DNA from: Desulfitibacter alkalitolerans DSM 16504 | GTDB taxonomy: Bacteria; Bacillota; DSM-16504; Desulfitibacterales; Desulfitibacteraceae | Assembly: GCF_000620305.1 (NCBI RefSeq) | Contig: NZ_KK211100.1 | Coordinates: 1,049,275 to 1,073,274, forward strand | Reading direction: 5' to 3' | Length of the DNA: 24,000 nucleotides | Shown: in pieces, positions 16,355 through 23,544 of the stretch | How the letters are laid out: each line of letters opens with the position of its first letter | Position numbering within the stretch: the stretch's first letter is position 1 | The notes under the pieces: model-generated | What the model was told of the DNA's origin: nothing | What the model saw: the letters and a program-made list of their open reading frames with translations, nothing else | Database searches by the model: none | Position numbers and translations under genes: made by a program

Positions 16355-18248
16355 TCTTTACTCTCAGCCTCCCTGTATTAGGCAGTCTTTTCAAATAACC
16401 TTTATCCGCTGCCTCCTTATTAATGCTTTTAATCCAGGATATGGCCTGCTTCATAAAGGGAGTTGTCTGGGAACCAATAAACCACACCTTGCCTGACGGA
16501 TTATCTGTCATTCGACCTGCCCTGCCTGCCATTTGTACCAGGGTTGCCGTATCAAAAATATATTGATTTTCTGCAAATAATACAATGACATTTACCTTTG
16601 GTACATTAATACCTCTTTCCATAAGGGTTGTTGTAACCAGAACAGGGAACTCACCCTTTAGAAAGCCCTCTCGTTTTTTGTCCCTTTCAGGATCCTGAGA
16701 ATGGGTATAATCAACCCAATTTCCCCCAAAGTTATTAAAAGGGGGGAGTTCGAAGGCTTTTTTAAGTATTTCCCCAACCCTTTCAGACAAAAAAATTGTA
16801 GGTACAAAGATAAGCACCTGGGAAAATTCTCCTTCTATACTTTCATGAAGGAAACCCAACACCTTTTCTGGAATAACCAGATCATTATCTTTTAACTGAA
16901 GGGACTTGTCTATAATAATTTCAGGCACAGGCAGGGGGTAACCATGATGTCTGGCAGGTATTGTGACAATTTCAATGGTGCTTCTGTCCATTTTCAGCAG
17001 ATATGGCGGTGGTGTTGCAGTCATATAGATGATTTTCCCTCTGGGATGTAAGGCACGGTTTAAAGCATTATACAGCATGGTGCTGCCATGATATGGAAAG
17101 GCATCTACCTCATCTAAAATAACCAAATGAAATGCTTCATAAAACCTTAATACCTGATGAGTTGTGGCTAAAATCAAATCCGCCCTTTTAAACCTTTCGC
17201 CACTTCCCCCATACAATGCTGCTATTTCTACCCCACTAAAGCACTTTCTTACTCTTTTTTCAATATCTATTATGGTGTCTTTTCTTGGCACTGCAAATAA
17301 TACCTTGCAGCCCCTTTTTAATGCATCTGCAATACATGGAAAAGAAACCTCTGTTTTTCCTGCTCCACAAGCTGCCCAAACCAGACATTTATTCAATTCA
17401 CTGCTCTTGGCGAATTTCCACACATTAACTGCTGCATCCTTTTGGGCCGGAGTAAGTTCAAAGTCAAAGTGTATTTCAACCTGCTTGGGAATGGGTTTGC
17501 TGTAGTGGGGAAAACCATATAATTGCATACATTCTCTTGATTCTCCCATGGAAATACAGTCTTCGCAATACCAGCAATCATTTGAACCACACTCTAAACA
17601 ATAAGACTGTTTGAGATTCTCGCTGCTGCCGCACCGAAAGCATTTTAACTGCCTCTTTTTCCCCTGCCCTACACCTGGAAAAACCTCTGCTTTATGCTGC
17701 AGAGACAAAATCTGGAGCAAATCTTCCAGGGGGTTTTCAATGTTGATCTTACTGTAATTAAGCAGGGCCTCAGCTTCATCAGCTAAAACATACCTTCCTT
17801 CAAGGCATGGCAGTATTGCATTGGCTTCCTGCCTTTTCTCCAGTATCTTAACCCTGTTCACATGGGCATTAGAGCATGTTATTAGTTGTGGTTCATCAAG
17901 CTCACCTAGACCTAACCTGACAAGCCAATGCTGCACCAAATCATATTTTTCCTTTAACTGGTTTCCATGAGATAATGTGAAGGGTATCTTTCCTGCCAGG
18001 TATCTGGCAATGCCTTTAATTGATGAATCTCTTCCGCTGAATTTAGTGCCTTTTATTTCTTCGTGGACAGCAGCAGAATTTAAAATAAAATAGGCTTGTC
18101 CAAGAAGCAGGGGAGGAGTAAGAATCCACAATTGCTGACAGCCCCAAACATCCATATGAAAGTTCAGGTCTAACACCGGGTCATGCGACAGGTTAACTAT
18201 GTATTTATCTTTATTCCAGGCTATATAGAGCATGTACCGCATTCCCAT
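16344..18248 (-). CDS. comFA: ComFA-like DEAD/DEAH-box helicase/translocase with zinc ribbon and long N-terminal extension
   Basis: Zinc ribbon CFRCGS...CLECGS..CWYCEDC. Walker A AACGAGKTE, Walker B LVILDEVDAF, MTATPP, and motif VI QMAGRAGR. It appears collinear with my recollection of B. subtilis ComFA from the zinc ribbon onward. AGGGGGGA lies 5 nt before the ATG at 18248 (track start 18266). Confidence 0.85.
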   Translation of the reverse strand: MGMRYMLYIAWNKDKYIVNLSHDPVLDLNFHMDVWGCQQLWILTPPLLLGQAYFILNSAAVHEEIKGTKFSGRDSSIKGIARYLAGKIPFTLSHGNQLKEKYDLVQHWLVRLGLGELDEPQLITCSNAHVNRVKILEKRQEANAILPCLEGRYVLADEAEALLNYSKINIENPLEDLLQILSLQHKAEVFPGVGQGKKRQLKCFRCGSSENLKQSYCLECGSNDCWYCEDCISMGESRECMQLYGFPHYSKPIPKQVEIHFDFELTPAQKDAAVNVWKFAKSSELNKCLVWAACGAGKTEVSFPCIADALKRGCKVLFAVPRKDTIIDIEKRVRKCFSGVEIAALYGGSGERFKRADLILATTHQVLRFYEAFHLVILDEVDAFPYHGSTMLYNALNRALHPRGKIIYMTATPPPYLLKMDRSTIEIVTIPARHHGYPLPVPEIIIDKSLQLKDNDLVIPEKVLGFLHESIEGEFSQVLIFVPTIFLSERVGEILKKAFELPPFNNFGGNWVDYTHSQDPERDKKREGFLKGEFPVLVTTTLMERGINVPKVNVIVLFAENQYIFDTATLVQMAGRAGRMTDNPSGKVWFIGSQTTPFMKQAISWIKSINKEAADKGYLKRLPNTGRLRVKNVK

Positions 18249-18328
18249 GATAATCCCCCCTGGCATATATTTCTTTACTCAATACTACCTTTCCTTCAGT
18301 GAAATCTAGTATTATATGTAGATACATG

Positions 18329-18751
18329 TCATATTCTATTAATCTGGCTCCTGGCAGTAAAATATTCTGTATCTTTATCCATAACCAGCAGCTGATAGCC
18401 CCCTGACGCACCCAACGCCTCACTGTACATCTCTATGATTTCTTTGGGCTCCTGCTCATCATTTATCTGCAGCACTGGGAAAGTATACTTAGCTGCTAAT
18501 TTTTTTAAGATTTCATAGGTTCCGTCATCAGATCCCTTATCTAACACAATTAATTCATGAGCAGCCTGCCTTTTCATAATATTCACCACATCTCTTAATA
18601 CCCCTTCACAGATTTCTGCACAATTGTAAGTCCTTAGCACAAGGGTGGATTCATATTCCCTCAAGGTGGCATTTTTTATGTATAGGGTTGAAATAAAAGA
18701 AAGCAACCCTATAATAACAACCAAGAAAATATATATTCCCACTACTGTCAC
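18329..18751 (-). CDS. Hypothetical membrane-anchored protein with a truncated, degenerate GT-A (GT2-like) segment
   Basis: N-terminal TM segment GIYIFLVVIIGLLSFISTLYI. Then LVLRTYNCAEICEGVLRDVVNIM...HELIVLDKGSDDGTYEILKKLAAKY, which resembles the first ~90 aa of GT2 enzymes (IPxYNE...IIVVDDGSTDGT). It has DK in place of DD and lacks the DxD and acceptor half. The likely start is GTG 18742, 6 nt after GGAGGTG. Confidence 0.5.
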   Translation of the reverse strand: MTVVGIYIFLVVIIGLLSFISTLYIKNATLREYESTLVLRTYNCAEICEGVLRDVVNIMKRQAAHELIVLDKGSDDGTYEILKKLAAKYTFPVLQINDEQEPKEIIEMYSEALGASGGYQLLVMDKDTEYFTARSQINRI

Positions 18752-18884
18752 CTCCCCCTACACTGTTATCATATGCAGCTATAGAGGGAAAGGTTACACA
18801 GTTTATTCTGAGTTTTCCTGTATATTTGTTTTAAAAATATGGAATTACTGTAATTGAGATTTTTATTTGAAAGGATGATGCTAT

Positions 18885-19034
18885 ATGCCGGCCGATGAAT
18901 GTATTCGCTGTGGGGCTTCTTTAAAGCTCCAGGATGATTTAGAACTGGCACCTGTTTGTACACAAAATGGTGAAATATGTGCTCGCTGCTATAGAGAAAT
19001 GTCTGACGAGGAACTAAAGGCGTATATCAAGTGA
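18885..19034 (+). CDS. Unannotated 49-aa zinc-ribbon protein
   Basis: MPADECIRCGASLKLQDDLELAPVCTQNGEICARCYREMSDEELKAYIK, with the pattern CxxC-x15-C-x6-CxxC. AAAGGA lies 9 nt before the ATG. The 19-bp hairpin terminator starts 27 nt after the stop. The ORF is below the track's 60-aa cutoff. Confidence 0.55.
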   Translation: MPADECIRCGASLKLQDDLELAPVCTQNGEICARCYREMSDEELKAYIK

Positions 19035-19060
19035 AACTTATACTTCCTGATAGATCTTAT

Positions 19061-19103
19061 AAGAGAAGCCTTTTGTATTTCACCAATACAAAAGGCTTCT
19101 CTT
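19061..19103. terminator. Perfect 19-bp hairpin between the convergent zinc-ribbon ORF and the phosphohexomutase gene
   Basis: AAGAGAAGCCTTTTGTATT (19061-19079), loop TCACC, AATACAAAAGGCTTCTCTT (19085-19103). It sits between the stops at 19034 (+) and 19141 (-). There is no long U-tract on either side. Confidence 0.6.
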
Positions 19104-19140
19104 CGCAGCTGTGCAGCCATACGTGTTAAAACTATCCTGC

Positions 19141-20556
19141 TTAAAAATCTAGATCCTCCCGAACAAATTGTTGTATTTTCCTTAATTCATCCTCACTCTC
19201 TGCCTCTGCATAAAGCCTAAATAAGGGCTCTGTACCAGAAGGGCGTATAAGCATCCAGGATCCATTTGCCATCTTTAGCTTTATCCCATCAACTGTTAGT
19301 TTTTCCACAACTAACTGACCATTTATCTTGGCAGGTGAATAATCCCTGACTGCAGCTAACATGCCAGGCATGTTTTCGGCTGGAACTTCAATATCCAGGC
19401 GCTCACTTACGAGTTTGCCATATTTTTGGTATAAGTCCTCCATAAGCTCCCCAAGGGATTTGCCGGACTGTGCTACCATTTCAATTATTAACAGACAGGC
19501 TAGAATTCCATCCTTTTCTGGTATATGCCCCCTAATGCTTAAACCACCGCTTTCTTCACCACCCAGGATGCAGTCCTTCTCTAAAAGGATCTTCCCAATA
19601 TATTTAAAGCCTACTGGAGTTTCATATATGTCCTGGCCGTAATGTTCACATATCCTATCTAAGAGGTGGGTTGTGGCCACAGTTCTTGCAACAGGGCCCA
19701 GCCAGCCTCTATTTTCAATTAAATGGTGTAATAGAAGGGCTAGTATTTGATTTGGACTGAAGTAGGTTCCATCTCTATCAATGGCCCCAAACCTATCAGC
19801 ATCTCCATCTAATGCCAATCCAAGAATAGAACCTGTCTCCTTAACCTTATGAACTAGCTCATTAAGGCTTGAACCCATGGGTTCTGGCATACCTCCGCCA
19901 AAAAGGGGATCTCTGCAGCCATGAATGGGATTCACGTGACAATGACTGTCACATAGAAAATTATCTAAATAACCCGTTCCGGCACCAAACATAGAATCAA
20001 CTACTACCTTTACAGGTGTTTTGTTAATATATTCCCAATTTATTAAGCTGTACAGGTGATTTAAATAGTCATCCAGAGGACTAATGTATTCTATCAGTCC
20101 TTCAGAATCTGCAGTTTTTATGGGTTTAATCCTAACCATATCAAGGGTTAATGTATTAAGGTGCCTTTCTATACTATCGGTAATTTCAGGAGTAGCGGGA
20201 CCTGCATATTCAGGGATAAATTTAATGCCGTTATATTCTGGCGGATTATGGCTGGCAGTAATCATTAATGCCCCGATTGCGCCATATTTTTTTATTGCAT
20301 ATGCTGTAGTTGGGGTAGGGGCGGGTTTGTCTATCAGTAAAACCGGTATGTCATTGCCCGCTAATACCTCGGCTGCTTCTAATGCAAACTTGTCAGATAA
20401 AAACCTTTGATCATAGCCAATAACCAGTTTACCATTTTTACCAGTTTCACTTATGTAATTTGCTACTGCCTGTACAACCAGCCTAAGGTTGTCAAAAGTA
20501 AATTCCCTTGCCATAATGGCTCTCCAGCCATCCGTACCGAATTTAATTGTGTTCAT
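19141..20556 (-). CDS. Phosphoglucomutase/phosphomannomutase-family phosphohexomutase
   Basis: 471 aa. Phosphoserine loop TASHNPPEYNGIK, Mg loop LDGDADRFG, sugar loop GGEESGG, and phosphate loop RPSGTEP. Confidence 0.9.
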   Translation of the reverse strand: MNTIKFGTDGWRAIMAREFTFDNLRLVVQAVANYISETGKNGKLVIGYDQRFLSDKFALEAAEVLAGNDIPVLLIDKPAPTPTTAYAIKKYGAIGALMITASHNPPEYNGIKFIPEYAGPATPEITDSIERHLNTLTLDMVRIKPIKTADSEGLIEYISPLDDYLNHLYSLINWEYINKTPVKVVVDSMFGAGTGYLDNFLCDSHCHVNPIHGCRDPLFGGGMPEPMGSSLNELVHKVKETGSILGLALDGDADRFGAIDRDGTYFSPNQILALLLHHLIENRGWLGPVARTVATTHLLDRICEHYGQDIYETPVGFKYIGKILLEKDCILGGEESGGLSIRGHIPEKDGILACLLIIEMVAQSGKSLGELMEDLYQKYGKLVSERLDIEVPAENMPGMLAAVRDYSPAKINGQLVVEKLTVDGIKLKMANGSWMLIRPSGTEPLFRLYAEAESEDELRKIQQFVREDLDF

Positions 20557-20704
20557 TGTAAAACCTCCTTAAATTGTGAAAAAGACACTCAAAATACTAC
20601 ACTATATAGTTTATCAAGTTAGGACTTATTTATTATAACTTTTTCTTCAATTAACAAAAAATTCCTGCCTAAAATTTTTTTTAATTAAATTTTTGTGATA
20701 GTGT

Positions 20705-20737
20705 AAAGAAAAATGACTGCAGCAGGAAGCCGCAGCC
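20705..20737 (-). terminator. Strand-specific rho-independent terminator of the 53-aa ORF
   Basis: Minus-strand RNA GGCUGCGGC-UUCCU-GCUGCAGUC forms a 9-bp stem. Two positions are G-U wobbles in this strand but A-C mismatches in the plus-strand RNA. The stem is followed by AUUUUUCUUU. Confidence 0.6.
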
Positions 20738-20756
20738 AAAATTAGGAATGAAATAT

Positions 20757-20918
20757 TTAAGTAATTTTTATTTTCTTAAGCTGTTCTTTTGATTTGACAG
20801 TTGCAGCATACTCAAAAAGCGAGGTATAGTTCGGTACTGAATATCCCTGGGCTTCCTCTATAGTCCTCATAAGCCTCTCCCTTTCTGAGCGCAAAGACCT
20901 TTTAATAATACCTGGCAT
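20757..20918 (-). CDS. Unannotated 53-aa basic hypothetical protein
   Basis: MPGIIKRSLRSERERLMRTIEEAQGYSVPNYTSLFEYAATVKSKEQLKKIKIT. GGGGGTG lies 6 nt before the ATG at 20918, and its own terminator lies 20 nt past the stop. No family recognised. Confidence 0.5.
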   Translation of the reverse strand: MPGIIKRSLRSERERLMRTIEEAQGYSVPNYTSLFEYAATVKSKEQLKKIKIT

Positions 20919-21090
20919 TTAAATCACCCCCAAAATTTAGATTTAATAATGTAAAACAAATAAATTATTTTATTTTATGCAAATTGATTGTTAAAACATT
21001 CACATTCCCTACTACTATTATAGGCCCCAATAAAGCTTTTGTAAAACCCCCCTATCAGCCAAAAAATGGGCTTCTTACACTTGGCTCAAG

Positions 21091-21130
21091 GCAATGCGTT
21101 TCAATGCACTTCAATGCAAATCAATGCAAA
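21091..21130. repeat. Four tandem 10-bp repeats (core CAATGC)
   Basis: GCAATGCGTT, TCAATGCACT, TCAATGCAAA, TCAATGCAAA at 21091, 21101, 21111 and 21121, with exact 10-bp periodicity. A partial copy ATGCAAA occurs near 20977-20983. Confidence 0.9.
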
Positions 21131-21159
21131 AAAAGCACCTGGAAATTAAACCAGGTGCT
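21127..21159 (-). terminator. Rho-independent terminator of the SH3b protein gene
   Basis: Minus strand: AGCACCTGG-TTTAATTT-CCAGGTGCT (9-bp stem, 21134-21159), followed by TTTTTTT (21127-21133). The stem touches the stop codon. Confidence 0.8.
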
Positions 21160-21788
21160 TATTTAACAAAATCACCATGGACCCAACCTGTTTTATTACC
21201 TTCAATAATTATTTCATACCAGCCGGATGATTCAGAAACAACACTAACCTTGGTGCCATTTCCCAGGCTCGCTATGATAGCAAAGCTGGTACTAGGACCG
21301 CTGCGAACATTTACACCAGCCGCTGCAGCAACTTCCATCACCCTGGCAGTGCCGCTGCTTGGAGTAGTGCCTGAGCTGTTATTATTCTGGTTAGTATTTG
21401 AAGTGCCCGTTGAGGGGCTTCCTGTCTGACTTGATTGGCTGGTTTGATTTGTTGGGCTTGTTTGATTTGACTGGTTAGTTTGTTTTGTTTGATTAGATTG
21501 ACCTGATTGGCTTGCTGATGAGGAGCCGGTGCTTGTCCTTCCAAGCTGAGCTTCCAGAGCTGCAACAGTACTGGTTAAACTTGTAATTTGCTTTTCCAGC
21601 TCAAAAATTTGAAATTCTAACGCTGCAGTCTTTTCTTCTACTGTTTGAACTATGTAGCTTTCACTAACAAGGGGGTCTTGTGATGATCCAGGCATAAAGC
21701 CCCCTGCAACTACAAAGTTTCCTAAAGTGATACCTAAAACCAGGGCAGCTACCATGGCAATTCCAACCCAAAGCTTAAAAAATCTCAC
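21159..21788 (-). CDS. Membrane-anchored protein with coiled coil, S/T/N/Q-rich linker and C-terminal SH3b domain
   Basis: TM segment FFKLWVGIAMVAALVLGITLG. Short coiled coil (AALEFQIFELEKQITSL). About 64 aa of low-complexity linker. SH3b-like C-terminus (VNVRSGPSTSFAIIASLGNGTKVSVVSESSGWYEIIIEGNKTGWVHGDFV). GGAGGA lies 7 nt before the GTG at 21788 (track start is TTG 21803). Confidence 0.8.
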   Translation of the reverse strand: MRFFKLWVGIAMVAALVLGITLGNFVVAGGFMPGSSQDPLVSESYIVQTVEEKTAALEFQIFELEKQITSLTSTVAALEAQLGRTSTGSSSASQSGQSNQTKQTNQSNQTSPTNQTSQSSQTGSPSTGTSNTNQNNNSSGTTPSSGTARVMEVAAAAGVNVRSGPSTSFAIIASLGNGTKVSVVSESSGWYEIIIEGNKTGWVHGDFVK

Positions 21789-21899
21789 AGGCTTGTCCTC
21801 CAATATATAAAAGGTTTAGTAATACATGTATAGTATTTCAATACTCAACTCAAACAGGACCACATCATATATGGACAATATATTTATGCCCGTCCCCCT

Positions 21900-22946
21900 T
21901 TAGCCCCCAAAATGCTTTGCCTTTTGTCTTCTTGAAAAGGCAGCGAAGCTAAGATGATTCATTCCTAAAAGCATTATAACTGTTAATCCAATAAGTATAA
22001 CAACTGCCTGAGGAGGCGCCATTAATGACATGAGCACAGCACTACTTCCCAAGCAAAGATTGACTACGTAAATTATTAAAACTGTTTGTTTATGCGTTAA
22101 TCCCATGTTTAGCAATTGGTGGTGCAGATGTTCCTTATCTGCTTGAAAAATCGGTGTTCCATTTAAGAACCTTCTTATGATAGCATACATGGTATCAAAT
22201 ATGGGAATCCCTAAAATTACAACTGGTATGAAAACGGAGATTATAGTTGCACTCTTGGTTAATCCAACCACTGCCAGAACTGAAAGAGTAAAGCCTAAAA
22301 ACATGGACCCTGTATCACCCATAAATATTTTGGCTGGGTTAAAGTTAAAGGGCAAAAACCCAAAAACAGAACCAGCAAGAATTATTGCAAGGACAGCTGC
22401 AGCAAAATGTCCTTCTAACAACGCCACCACGCCAATAGTAACTGCAGCAATACCAGAGGTCCCTGCAGCTAAGCCGTCCAGGCCATCAATCAAATTAACA
22501 GCATTTGTAACCCCAACAATCCAGAGGACTGTAAAGGGAATTGCCAGCTTGAAATTTTCTAAAAAAAGAACTTCTGCAAAGGGATTTGTAAGAATACTAA
22601 CCTTAACCCCAAACAATACAACCACCAGGGCCGCCAGGGTTTGACCCGCCAGCTTAACCTTTGGTGATAAGCCCTTTATATCATCTACAATACCAAGCAA
22701 AACAATTATTGTACAACCAAGTAAAATTCCAACAAGCTTGCCATCTATAGTTTGGGTCATAAGGACCGCTGCCATAAAACCTGCATATATTGCCAGCCCA
22801 CCCATCCTTGGCATTGAACATGTGTGTACCTTTCTATCACAGGGTGCATCCATGGCACCCCATTTTCTAGCCAGTCTAATTACAATTGGTGTTGAGATAA
22901 ATGCCACCAAAAAAGCTATAACAACAGGCAATAACACCTGATACAT
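21900..22946 (-). CDS. Polyprenyl-phosphate N-acetylhexosamine-1-phosphate transferase (MraY/WecA/TagO family, GT4)
   Basis: About 10 TM segments. Motifs IVDDIKGL, NAVNLIDGLDGLA and MGDTGSMFLG. GGAGG lies 8 nt before the ATG at 22946 (track start is GTG 22964). Confidence 0.88.
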   Translation of the reverse strand: MYQVLLPVVIAFLVAFISTPIVIRLARKWGAMDAPCDRKVHTCSMPRMGGLAIYAGFMAAVLMTQTIDGKLVGILLGCTIIVLLGIVDDIKGLSPKVKLAGQTLAALVVVLFGVKVSILTNPFAEVLFLENFKLAIPFTVLWIVGVTNAVNLIDGLDGLAAGTSGIAAVTIGVVALLEGHFAAAVLAIILAGSVFGFLPFNFNPAKIFMGDTGSMFLGFTLSVLAVVGLTKSATIISVFIPVVILGIPIFDTMYAIIRRFLNGTPIFQADKEHLHHQLLNMGLTHKQTVLIIYVVNLCLGSSAVLMSLMAPPQAVVILIGLTVIMLLGMNHLSFAAFSRRQKAKHFGG

Positions 22947-23047
22947 TCGTTCTTCCTCCCCCACTATGTTGCTTACGCAATACTAATAGTGTACTAAAAA
23001 TTGTTAATTTTTTCAATCAATATTTTTGACATTTTCTGCTTTCTGCT

Positions 23048-23473
23048 TTAAGAACCAATCATAAAGGTTAGTTCTCCCTCGGCAGCTAGTTCTTCTCCCA
23101 CATAGGCTTTTCCAACACCTTTGCCAACAGGGCCCTTTATTTTCACAAGCTCCACTTCTAGACGCAGCTGGTCACCAGGAACCACCTGTTTTCTAAAACG
23201 AACCTTGTCTATACCTGCAAAAAATGCTATTTTGCCTGCATATTGTGGCAGTTTCAGAACAGCAACAGCCCCCACCTGTGCTAAAGCTTCTATTATAAGT
23301 ACGCCTGGCATTACAGGATGATTTGGGAAATGTCCCTGAAAATGGGCCTCATTTACTGAAACATTTTTAATTCCAACAGCCCTCTTGCCCTCTTCTAACT
23401 CTATAATTCTGTCCACAAGCAAAAAGGGGTAACGATGGGGAATTATTTCTTGTATTTCTTTAATATCAAGCAT
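23048..23473 (-). CDS. fabZ: 3-hydroxyacyl-ACP dehydratase FabZ
   Basis: 141 aa. [13 protein letters not shown]-type N-terminus ([13 protein letters not shown]) and catalytic [19 protein letters not shown]. Confidence 0.95.
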   Translation of the reverse strand: MLDIKEIQEIIPHRYPFLLVDRIIELEEGKRAVGIKNVSVNEAHFQGHFPNHPVMPGVLIIEALAQVGAVAVLKLPQYAGKIAFFAGIDKVRFRKQVVPGDQLRLEVELVKIKGPVGKGVGKAYVGEELAAEGELTFMIGS

Positions 23474-23544
23474 AACATCACTTCCTTTTAGGATTCTACA
23501 AATTTTTTTCCATTCCTTCTTGTAATCTTAAACTCACATGGTAT

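Noticed and set aside
18769-18963. 64-aa minus-strand ORF overlapping the zinc-ribbon ORF region
   Set aside because: It has no SD and an N/I/Y/L-rich composition reflecting AT-rich intergenic DNA. The plus-strand 49-aa frame has an SD, a Cys pattern and a terminator, so it is the better explanation. ORF 18645..18857 (+) and ORF 18211..18423 (-) are rejected on similar grounds.
20984-21429. Plus-strand ORFs 20984..21166 and 21094..21429 spanning the 10-bp repeat and the SH3b gene
   Set aside because: The first is translated intergenic and repeat DNA. The second is antisense to the SH3b CDS. Neither has an SD, and a minus-strand terminator lies inside them.
21338-21565. 75-aa same-strand alternative-frame ORF inside the SH3b protein's low-complexity linker
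   Set aside because: It arises from the repetitive Q/N/S/T codon run read out of frame. It has no independent SD, and the main frame carries the TM segment and SH3b domain.
22177-22644. 155-aa plus-strand ORF antisense to the WecA/TagO-type transferase gene
   Set aside because: It is a shadow ORF of a membrane-protein gene (A/T/P/K-rich, no motifs, no SD). The same applies to 22738..22941, 23121..23321, 20084..20410, 19361..19642, 13608..13934, 17164..17505, 4325..5125 and 202..966.
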